Assembly (NCBI GenBank): GCA_041492755.1 | Contig: JBGPXN010000029.1 | Span: 1-37,119, forward strand | From: Candidatus Methylomirabilia bacterium | GTDB taxonomy: Bacteria > Methylomirabilota > Methylomirabilia > Rokubacteriales > CSP1-6 | Direction of reading: 5' to 3' | DNA length: 37,119 nt | Shown here: positions 26,788 to 34,423 of the stretch, piece after piece | How positions within the stretch are numbered: position 1 is the stretch's first letter | Layout of the letters: every line of letters begins with the position of its first letter | Notes under the pieces: model-generated | The model's input: only the letters and a program-made list of their open reading frames with translations | What the model was told of the DNA's origin: nothing | The model's database searches: none | Made by a program: the position numbers and the translations under genes

Positions 26788-27264
26788 ATGCTGGGCAGGA
26801 AACCGCGGGCGCCGGACGATCGGAAGGTGATCCGCGCCGAGGGATTCGAGCTCGTGGACCGGAACGGCAAGACGCGCGCCGGCCTCGTGCTGGAGCCCGA
26901 CGGTACCGTGCTCCTGGCTTTCCTCGACCGTGGAGGCAAATTCCGCGCGATGCTGGGCGTCGACGCCGACGGCATGCCGACGCTCGTGCTCGGCGACAAG
27001 AACGGCACCGCCCGCGCCGGCGTCGTGGTCCGCGAGGACGGGACCACCGAAGTGAACCTCTCCGACGCCGAGGGCCACGTGCGGGCCGCGCTCACCGTCG
27101 CGCAAGACGGCATCGCCGGGCTCAATCTGGCCGGCGTCGATGGCGCCGCGCGGGCCCGGCTCACCGTGGCCGCCGACGGCACGCCGTCGCTCGAGTTCTT
27201 CGACGCGGGCGAGACGCCGAGCCTCACCGCCCGCCCCGCGCCGGCGCCCAAGCGCAAGAGCTGA
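26788..27264 (+). CDS. Hypothetical beta-repeat protein (five ~23-aa repeats)
   Basis: Repeated DxxGxxRAxLxVxxDGxxxLxL; GGAGGA RBS. Confidence 0.75.
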   Translation: MLGRKPRAPDDRKVIRAEGFELVDRNGKTRAGLVLEPDGTVLLAFLDRGGKFRAMLGVDADGMPTLVLGDKNGTARAGVVVREDGTTEVNLSDAEGHVRAALTVAQDGIAGLNLAGVDGAARARLTVAADGTPSLEFFDAGETPSLTARPAPAPKRKS

Positions 27265-27313
27265 GTACATGGACGCGGACACGATCGTCTACGGTGCGTG
27301 ATCCGTCACGCCG

Positions 27314-28306
27314 TCAGCGCGTGAGGCCGATCTCGCGGAGGTAACGGAGCACGCCGGGGTGGATTTGCTGGGTGCGGGCGGCGGCCGCCGTGTTCGCCGC
27401 GGTGGTCTCGCGCGCTTGAGGTAGCCGCTCGCCGAGCGCGGCCTCGCCGCGATGCAGCGCGCGCGCGATCCGGTACGCGACGTCGTCGGAGAGAGTCGGG
27501 CGCGCGAGCACGAAGCTCCAGGAGCCGACCGATCGCAGGGCGGCGTCCTGACCGGGATACGAGCCGGCGGGGACCGTCAGCTCGCGCAGGAACGGATGCT
27601 TGGCCAGGATCTTCGTGATCCCGTCGGCGTCGGGAACGATGAAGCGGCCGCCGGCGCGCGCGACCGTCGTGAATCCCGGCCAGCCGACCCCGCCGCCCCA
27701 AAGGGCCGCGGCGCGCCCGTCGCCGACCATCGTCGGACCGTCTCCCGCCTGATCCAGGAAGATCGCCTGGAAGTCGCGGTCGCGATCGAGGCCGAGGCCG
27801 TCGAGGACGTAGCGCGCGAGGATCACGAGGCCCGAGCCGCGGGCGCCGAACGCCACCGGCTGGCCCCCGAGATCGGCGATCGTGCGGAAGCGGCGGTCGC
27901 CGCGGACGACGAACATGCCGGCGGTGGAGTACATCGCCGTGATGATTCGCAGATCGGCCGGTGGCCGGCCGATTCCGCTCAGCGACTCGTGGACGACCTC
28001 ACCCTGCACCAGCGCGAGATCGAGGGTGCCGGCTTCCAACCGCGGCACGTTTTCCGTGCTGCCCTTGGTGTTCTGCGTCCTGATCTCGAGCGAATCGTCG
28101 GTCTGATTGATCGTCGCCGCGAGCGCATCGCCATAGACGGGGAACCCGCCACCCGGCGTCGCCGTCCCCAGGCTCACGACTGTCCGCTCCGCCGCCGTCG
28201 CATCAGTCGTCACGAGCCACGCTCCCAGGAGGGCCAGGGCCAATCGCCACGCGAAGCACCATCGCCGCCCCGCGCCCGATTCTACTGCGGGCACGGCACT
28301 CGTCAC
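27314..28306 (-). CDS. TAXI-family TRAP transporter solute-binding protein
   Basis: LGTATPGGGFPVYG, TKGSTENV, FGARGSG, VPAGSYPGQ, IHPGVLRYLREIG; exact start uncertain. Confidence 0.9.
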   Translation of the reverse strand: MTSAVPAVESGAGRRWCFAWRLALALLGAWLVTTDATAAERTVVSLGTATPGGGFPVYGDALAATINQTDDSLEIRTQNTKGSTENVPRLEAGTLDLALVQGEVVHESLSGIGRPPADLRIITAMYSTAGMFVVRGDRRFRTIADLGGQPVAFGARGSGLVILARYVLDGLGLDRDRDFQAIFLDQAGDGPTMVGDGRAAALWGGGVGWPGFTTVARAGGRFIVPDADGITKILAKHPFLRELTVPAGSYPGQDAALRSVGSWSFVLARPTLSDDVAYRIARALHRGEAALGERLPQARETTAANTAAAARTQQIHPGVLRYLREIGLTR

Positions 28307-28424
28307 CAGCCAGGGGCTGGACGATCGCGGGCTGTCCCCGCCGCGAATCTGCGTAGAATCGCCGGGATGGATGCGTGGCCGGCGACACTCGCTCCGGGAC
28401 CCAGCGCGCGGCCGCCGCGGAGCG

Positions 28425-28826
28425 CTATTGCGCGCAGGACTCCTGTTTGGTGTCGGCCGGCACCAGGACGGGTCCGTTCCGGCGGTAGGTTTCGTGGAAG
28501 TACGCGCAGTCGACGAGGATCCCGAAACGGAAACGCAGCGTCAGCACCGTGTGCGGTGACTGGCGCGGGATGGCGCCGCGGACGAATGGCACCGGAGACT
28601 CGACGGCCGAGAGCTTCGTGTGCTCGTAGGTCCACGTCTCGCCGCCCTGGCCGGTCGGCGACACGGACACCGGCGGCCCGAGCGCGTTCTGCGCCTCGCG
28701 CCGGGTCGAGGCGTTGACCTTCAGCCGGCTGCGGGCGTCGGCCTCGAAGGGCTGGCCGATCTCGCGGGACGCGCACGCGGCGAGCCCGGTCGCGAGCATG
28801 AGGACGACGAGAAGGCGTCTGAGCAT
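28425..28826 (-). CDS. Lipoprotein, BamE/SmpA-like domain
   Basis: Lipobox LAAC; LKVNASTRREAQNALGPP...GETWTY. Confidence 0.7.
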   Translation of the reverse strand: MLRRLLVVLMLATGLAACASREIGQPFEADARSRLKVNASTRREAQNALGPPVSVSPTGQGGETWTYEHTKLSAVESPVPFVRGAIPRQSPHTVLTLRFRFGILVDCAYFHETYRRNGPVLVPADTKQESCAQ

Positions 28827-28878
28827 GATCCCCGCGCAGCCTACCGCTAGCGTAGTCGATTTGCCCGACGTCGGCAGC

Positions 28879-29814
28879 ATGCCGCCATGCGCGCGCCGTC
28901 CGGGGACCGCGGCCGCGGTGTGGAGATCGGTCACGCGGGCGCTTGCTCTGCTCGCGCTCGCCGGCTGTGGAGTCCTGTCGTCCGGTCAACGCCCCGAGGG
29001 CGTGGCCCCCGGCGCGGAGGGCGTCATCGGTTTCGCGACGACGGAATCGCTGCAGCTCAGCGGGGCCCTCGAGCTGCCTCGCGGGGACGGTCCCGTCCCC
29101 GCCGTCGTCCTGATGCACGATTGTCAGGGCCCATCTGCCGGCGCGATCCGCGGCTGGCAAACGGCGCTGGTGACCTGGGGGTACGCGACGCTCGTGGTGG
29201 ACGGGTTCGCCTCGCGCTCCGTCACGAACGTGTGCGAGGGCGCCGACAAGCTGTGGCCCGCCGAGCGCGTTCCCGACGCCTACGCGGCGCTGCTCGCGCT
29301 CGCCCGCAATCCGCGCATCGCGTCCGCCCGCATCGCGCTCATGGGCTGGGGCGACGGCGCGACGGCCGCGCTGTGGTCGGCGTCGGCGCCGGTCGCGCAG
29401 AAGTATGCCGGCGCGACCGGTCCCCGATTTCGCGCCGTCATCGCCGTCTATCCGACGTGCCGCGTCTTCGGGCCGGCCTCGACCCCGGTGACCGGCTTCG
29501 GCCGCCTGACCTCGCCGGTTCGCATTCACGTCGGCGAGCTCGATGACTGGGCGCCGCCCCAAGCGTGCGAGGTCCTCGTCGCGCGGTGGAAGCAAGCCGG
29601 GCAGGACGCCGACCTCACGGTCTTCCCGGGCGCGCGCCACCTGTTCGACAGCGTCGGTCGGGCCGCTGAGGAGCTCGCCGCCGTGGACAACTACGGCGGC
29701 GATCGCCACCGCAAGGGTGCCCGGGTCGCGTGGAGCCCGGACGCGACCCGCGCCGCGCGGGCGAACGTGCGCGACCAGCTCGAGCGTCTGCTCGGCGCCC
29801 CGCCGCCGAAGTAG
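28879..29814 (+). CDS. Dienelactone hydrolase-family alpha/beta hydrolase-like lipoprotein
   Basis: Lipobox LAGC, PAVVLMH, RIALMGWGDGA, IAVYP, GELDDW, FPGARHLFD; start uncertain (28879 or 28918). Confidence 0.8.
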   Translation: MPPCARRPGTAAAVWRSVTRALALLALAGCGVLSSGQRPEGVAPGAEGVIGFATTESLQLSGALELPRGDGPVPAVVLMHDCQGPSAGAIRGWQTALVTWGYATLVVDGFASRSVTNVCEGADKLWPAERVPDAYAALLALARNPRIASARIALMGWGDGATAALWSASAPVAQKYAGATGPRFRAVIAVYPTCRVFGPASTPVTGFGRLTSPVRIHVGELDDWAPPQACEVLVARWKQAGQDADLTVFPGARHLFDSVGRAAEELAAVDNYGGDRHRKGARVAWSPDATRAARANVRDQLERLLGAPPPK

Positions 29815-30005
29815 GGGCAGGCGGGCGCCGAGCGGCACTCGATCCTCCTGGGTTTCTCGTCCGAGCGGCGCCGCCTATCCGATCCGTGACATTGACGTTC
29901 CTGGTTGAAGTGACCATCGTGGCCACGCGCTTGCCCGCAGCGCCATCCGCTGGTACGGTCTCGGCCGTGACGCGACCCGAGTTGTCCTGAGAGGAGGCGG
30001 CAAGG

Positions 30006-30968
30006 ATGAAAGCCATCCGTGTTTCCGCATACGGCGGTCCCGAGGTCATGAAGCTCGAAGACGTCCCGACGCCCAAGCCCGAGGCCAACCAGGTCCTCGT
30101 CCGCAACCACGCGGCCGGCGTGAACCCGGTCGACACCTATTTGCGCTCGAACACCGACAACCGTGGTCCGAAGCTGCCGTACACGCCCGGCTCGGACTCG
30201 GCCGGCGTGGTGGAGGCGGTCGGCGCCGGCGTCACCAGCGTGAAGGCCGGCGATCGCGTGTACGTCGGCGGCACGGTGAGCGGCTCGTATGCCGAGATGT
30301 CGCTCTGCAACGAGACGCAGGTGCATCCGTTGGCCGCGAACGTCTCGTTCGCTCAGGGCGCGGCGATGAACGTGCCCTACGCCACGGCCTACCACGCGCT
30401 CTTTCAGCGCGGGCACGGCGACGCCGGCGAGACGGTGCTCGTGCACGGCGCCAGCGGCGGCGTCGGCATCGGCGCGGTGCAGCTGGCGCGGGCGCGCGGC
30501 ATGACCGTGATCGGGACCGCGGGCACGGACAGGGGCCGCCGCATCGTCCTCGAGCAGGGCGCGCACCACGTGCTCGACCACACCGCGCCCGGTTATCTCG
30601 ACGAGCTGCTGCGGCTGACGGGCGGCAAGGGCGTCGACGTCGTGCTCGAGATGCTGGCGAACGTGAACCTCCAGAAGGATCTCGGCATCGTGGCCATGCA
30701 CGGCCGGATCGTCGTCATCGGCAACCGCGGCACCATCGAGATCAACCCGCGCAGCGCCATGAACAAGAACGCGGTCATCATCGGCGTGGCGCTCTTCCAT
30801 GCCTCGCCCGCGCAGCTCGCGGCCATCCACGCCGCGCTCGTCGAGGGGCTCCGCAACGGCACGCTGCGGCCGGTCATCGCGCAGGAGATCCCGCTGGCGC
30901 AGGCGCCGCGGGCCCACGAGGCGGTGATGGCCAACGGCCACCACGGCAAGATCGTCCTGGTGCCGTAG
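30006..30968 (+). CDS. NADPH:quinone reductase (zeta-crystallin/MDR family)
   Basis: MKAIRVSAYGGPEV, AGVNPVD, VLVHGASGGVG, C-terminal GKIVL. Confidence 0.92.
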   Translation: MKAIRVSAYGGPEVMKLEDVPTPKPEANQVLVRNHAAGVNPVDTYLRSNTDNRGPKLPYTPGSDSAGVVEAVGAGVTSVKAGDRVYVGGTVSGSYAEMSLCNETQVHPLAANVSFAQGAAMNVPYATAYHALFQRGHGDAGETVLVHGASGGVGIGAVQLARARGMTVIGTAGTDRGRRIVLEQGAHHVLDHTAPGYLDELLRLTGGKGVDVVLEMLANVNLQKDLGIVAMHGRIVVIGNRGTIEINPRSAMNKNAVIIGVALFHASPAQLAAIHAALVEGLRNGTLRPVIAQEIPLAQAPRAHEAVMANGHHGKIVLVP

Positions 30969-30998
30969 CGCGGCCGGGGTCGGTCGCCGAGCGCCGTC

Positions 30999-31260
30999 AT
31001 GGCCACGTTCACTCCCGCGTTGAAACAGATCGCGTCCGGCCTTCGCTTCCCGGAGGGCCCGGTGGCGATGCCCGACGGCTCGGTCGTGCTGGTCGAGATC
31101 GAGCGGCGGACGCTCTCACGCGTCACCCATGATGGTCACCAACGTCTGCTTCGGCGGGCCGGATCTGCGCACGGCGTTCGCGACCCTGTCCATGGGCGGC
31201 ACGCTCGTGTCCTTCGAGTGGCCGCGTCCGAGACTGCCGCTGAATCACCTCAATACGTAG
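30999..31260 (+). pseudogene. SMP-30/gluconolactonase remnant with large internal deletion
   Basis: N-terminus IASGLRFPEGPVAMPDGSVVLVEI joined out of frame near 31130 to C-terminus VTNVCFGGPDLRTAFATLS...EWPRPRLPLNHLNT-stop. Confidence 0.8.
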
Positions 31261-31266
31261 CCGCGT

Positions 31267-32733
31267 TCAGGCGGGGTCGGCTCTCTCGGAGCGCTCCAGA
31301 AAATCCAGCACGCGCTTGACCAGATCGTCCTTCGGATAGTTCGCGTTCAGGAAGCGGGCCCGGGTCAGCGGGTCGCTGGCGAAGAAGCGCTCGTACAGGA
31401 CCTGGCGGCCGCCGAAGGCGCTGCATGCGATGTCCCAGGCCAGGCGGAAGAGCCGGACGCGCTCGCGCGCGGTCGCGGTGTCGGTGGCGAGATAGCGCTC
31501 GATGTCGGGACCGAGGGGGCTGGCGAAGTCGCTCTCGCTGGGGATGATCATGAAGCTGCTGGAGCCGAGCAGCTGGAGGATCTCGACCATCCGCGGATAG
31601 GCGGTCATGAAGAGGTTGCGCGTGGTCTCCGCGGGCAGCTGGGCCGGGCACATCACGCCCCACTCGTCGAGCTGCGCGTCGGCCTCGGCGGCGCGCATGC
31701 ACGCTTTCATCAGCTCCGTGTACATCATCAGCTCGCCCAGCCGCTCTTCCGAATGAGGGAGCTGCGCGCTGCCGAGGGTCTGCGTCACCAGCAGAGCGAC
31801 GCCGAGCACGAACTCGCACTTGGCCAGGTTCTTGACCGCGTTCTGATGCGCCGTGTGCGCGGTGGAGTGGGTCTTGAGGCCGGCGCCGTTGACCAGACTC
31901 ACGTCTCCCAGCAGGAACACCCGCTCCCACGGCACCAGCACGTCGTCGAAGAAGACGACGCAATCCATCTCCTCGAAGCGCGAGCCGAGCGGGTGGTCGA
32001 AGTGCGATCGCCCGAGGTCGAAGCTCTCGCGGCACAGGAACCGCAGCCCTGGCGTGCCGCAAGGGATGGCGAAGTTGAGGGCAAAGGGACTGTGGCCCTC
32101 GGTCATCCGCCCCAGGCGCGGCGAGTACACCGCGATCTCGTCCGCCAGCGGTCCGAGCGTGGCCAGCACCCGCGCCCCGCGCACCACGACGCCGGCGTCG
32201 GTCTCGCGGACCATGTGCAGCGCCGTGCTTTCTTCGAGGTTGAAGGCGCCGGAGAGGTCGCGGCTCCGTTGCGGGTTGATCAGCGAGTGCGTCAGGACCA
32301 GGTCGTGCTCCCGGATGTGCTCGTAGTAGCGGCGAATGTTCGCGCCGAATTCGGGCCGGTTCTGCGCGAAGTAGTCGGACGCTCCCGCCCAGGCCGCGAA
32401 GTTGACGTTCATGAAGTCCGGCGACCGGCCCATCATGCCGCCGGTCGCGCGCGCCCAGCGCAGCATCATCCCGCGGCGCGCTTCGAGCTCCTCCCGGGTC
32501 CGCGGCACGATGAACGACATCCCGACGCGCGCGCCACTGGTCGGCGACACGTAGGTCATCTCGTCGCGGAGCGCCGGATCGTGCTGCATGTCGTAGAGGG
32601 CGGCCACGGACCGCGCGCCGTTGGCCAGCCCCGGATGGGTGGTCACATCCTTCACGCGCTCACCACGCAGCCAGACCTCGCGCTCCTGCGCCCGCAACCC
32701 CTGGAGGTACTCCGCGCCCGTTCGGGCTCCCAT
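31267..32733 (-). CDS. hpaB: 4-hydroxyphenylacetate 3-monooxygenase, oxygenase component (HpaB family)
   Basis: ARTGAEYLQGLR, GERVKDVTTHP, GMMGRSPDFMN, FDHPLGSRFEEMD, VLVPWERVF, LFRLAWD, GGRQVLYERFF. Confidence 0.92.
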   Translation of the reverse strand: MGARTGAEYLQGLRAQEREVWLRGERVKDVTTHPGLANGARSVAALYDMQHDPALRDEMTYVSPTSGARVGMSFIVPRTREELEARRGMMLRWARATGGMMGRSPDFMNVNFAAWAGASDYFAQNRPEFGANIRRYYEHIREHDLVLTHSLINPQRSRDLSGAFNLEESTALHMVRETDAGVVVRGARVLATLGPLADEIAVYSPRLGRMTEGHSPFALNFAIPCGTPGLRFLCRESFDLGRSHFDHPLGSRFEEMDCVVFFDDVLVPWERVFLLGDVSLVNGAGLKTHSTAHTAHQNAVKNLAKCEFVLGVALLVTQTLGSAQLPHSEERLGELMMYTELMKACMRAAEADAQLDEWGVMCPAQLPAETTRNLFMTAYPRMVEILQLLGSSSFMIIPSESDFASPLGPDIERYLATDTATARERVRLFRLAWDIACSAFGGRQVLYERFFASDPLTRARFLNANYPKDDLVKRVLDFLERSERADPA

Positions 32734-32769
32734 CACGCCGCTCCTTCTTGTCGGGAGAGTATGCCAGAG

Positions 32770-32803
32770 GGTCGTGGGTCAATTTTGAAATTGACCCACG
32801 ACC
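32770..32803. repeat. 34-bp palindrome flanked by 8-bp direct repeat
   Basis: GGTCGTGGGTCAATTT-TG-AAATTGACCCACGACC (perfect 16-bp arms); TGCCAGAG at 32762-32769 and 32804-32811. Confidence 0.9.
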
Positions 32804-32854
32804 TGCCAGAGGCGACCCGTGCACTCGGGGCTCGCGTGGGCTATCCTTCGTCCC

Positions 32855-33250
32855 ATGAGCCAGCCCAACATCGAGCTCAGGATGGACCCGGCGTCCCTCT
32901 ACCGGGAGGAGATGTTCACGGACCGGACGATCGGGACGATCCGGGTTCTGACCCCCGTGACCGGCACCGGCTCGCCCGATCCGAGCCGCGCGGTGCTCTA
33001 CGTGGGCGAGACGCAGCTTCTGACCCCGGGCGGCCTGCTCCCGCTGGCCTTCGAGATCGAAGCGACCTCGCTGGCCGACGCGGTCCAGAAGTTCGGCGAC
33101 GGCGCCGAAGAGGCCGTGGAGCGCACCCGGCGCGAGCTCGACGAGCTTCGTCGAGAAGCCGCGTCGTCGATCATCGTGCCCGACCGTATGTCGCCCGGTG
33201 GGCTCGATCCGGGCGGGTTGCCGGGAGGCGGCAAGATCCGGCTGCGTTGA
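32855..33250 (+). CDS. Conserved-looking hypothetical cytoplasmic protein
   Basis: MDPASLYREEMFTDRTIGTIRVLTPV...LPLAFEIEATSLADAV...RREAASSIIVP; typical codon usage. Confidence 0.75.
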   Translation: MSQPNIELRMDPASLYREEMFTDRTIGTIRVLTPVTGTGSPDPSRAVLYVGETQLLTPGGLLPLAFEIEATSLADAVQKFGDGAEEAVERTRRELDELRREAASSIIVPDRMSPGGLDPGGLPGGGKIRLR

Positions 33251-33285
33251 TACGGTGCCGGCGCGCTCCGCGTGGGTGGCTCCTA

Positions 33286-33513
33286 TCAGCGGCGATAGCC
33301 GTGAGGCTGCCAACGCGGACCGTAGTACGGACCGTGATAGCGGCGTCCGTAGTACCCACGGTAATAGTAGTGGGGACGGTAGATCGGCACCGCGACTTCC
33401 ACGCCGACTGAAACACCCGGCGCGGGAACCGCCGCGTACGGATAACCGCCGAGGGGAACCACCGCACAGCCCGCGAGGATCGAGGCGGTCAGTGCGATCC
33501 AGAGGACCTTCAT
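33286..33513 (-). CDS. Small Tyr/Pro/Gly-rich lipoprotein
   Basis: MKVLWIALTASILAGC lipobox; GAGGAGGG RBS on the minus strand. Confidence 0.7.
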   Translation of the reverse strand: MKVLWIALTASILAGCAVVPLGGYPYAAVPAPGVSVGVEVAVPIYRPHYYYRGYYGRRYHGPYYGPRWQPHGYRR

Positions 33514-33580
33514 CGGGATCCCTCCTCACCGGTCGGACGAGGGAGCCTGCTTCGCTATTCCGTCGACGAGGAGTTGACGC

Positions 33581-34372
33581 ATGAGCGATCTCGAGGACCG
33601 CGTCGTTCTCATCACCGGGGCGGCCCGCGGTATCGGCGCCGCCTCGGCGCGTCGGCTGGCCGCCGGCGGCGCCCGCCTCGTCCTCGCCGACATGGACGGG
33701 CCCGGCGTCGAGAAGCTCGCGGCCGAGCTCAAGAGCGTGGCGGTGCGGGCGGACGTCACCCGCGCGGAGGACATCGCGCGGATGGTGGAGGAGCCCTACA
33801 AGCGCTGGGGCCGTCTCGACGTCCTGTTCAACAACGCCGGCGTCATCCGCGTGCAGCCGATTCTCGACGTGACCGAGGCGGAGTGGGACCGCGTGATGGG
33901 CGTCAACCTGCGCGCCGTTTTCTTCGTCATGCAGGCGGTCGCGCGGCGCATGGTCGATCAGACGCCGATCCGGGGCTCCGAGCTTCGCGGCAAGCTCATT
34001 CACACCGCGTCCATCGCCGCCTATCGCGGCGGCAATCACCTCACGACGCCGTACTCCGCCACCAAGGCCGGCGTGGTGAGCCTCACGCGCTCCGCGGCGC
34101 AGGCGTTCGCTCCCCAGCGCATCACCTCGAACTGCGTCTGTCCGGGCGCGGTCGACACGGCGATGTGGGCGCAGCTCGACGACGAGCTGGGCGCGTTGCA
34201 CGGCTGGGCGCCCCGTGAAGCGTGGAAGCGGCGGACCGAGCACATTCCGCTCGGTCGCCCCGAGACCGCGGCCGACGTCGCCGGCGTCGTCGCGTTCCTG
34301 GCCGGGCCCGATTCGGATTACATGACGGGACAGGCCCTCAAGGTCGACGGTGGCCTGGTGATGGGGGATTGA
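33581..34372 (+). CDS. Short-chain dehydrogenase/reductase (classical SDR)
   Basis: TGAARGIG, NNAG, YSATK, CPGAVDT, YMTGQALKVDGG; GAGGAG RBS. Confidence 0.93.
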   Translation: MSDLEDRVVLITGAARGIGAASARRLAAGGARLVLADMDGPGVEKLAAELKSVAVRADVTRAEDIARMVEEPYKRWGRLDVLFNNAGVIRVQPILDVTEAEWDRVMGVNLRAVFFVMQAVARRMVDQTPIRGSELRGKLIHTASIAAYRGGNHLTTPYSATKAGVVSLTRSAAQAFAPQRITSNCVCPGAVDTAMWAQLDDELGALHGWAPREAWKRRTEHIPLGRPETAADVAGVVAFLAGPDSDYMTGQALKVDGGLVMGD

Positions 34373-34377
34373 GTACA

Positions 34378-34416
34378 TGGGGGGCCCCGATATGGCCCCC
34401 CATACCCCCCAGACGC
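34378..34416 (+). repeat. Third copy of the flhF-type palindromic repeat
   Basis: 37/39 identical to 20850-20888 (two C>T changes outside the stem). Confidence 0.9.
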
Positions 34417-34423
34417 CTCGACC

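Noticed and set aside
29892..29920. Sigma70 promoter upstream of the quinone reductase (TTGACG)
   Set aside because: No convincing -10 hexamer at proper spacing.
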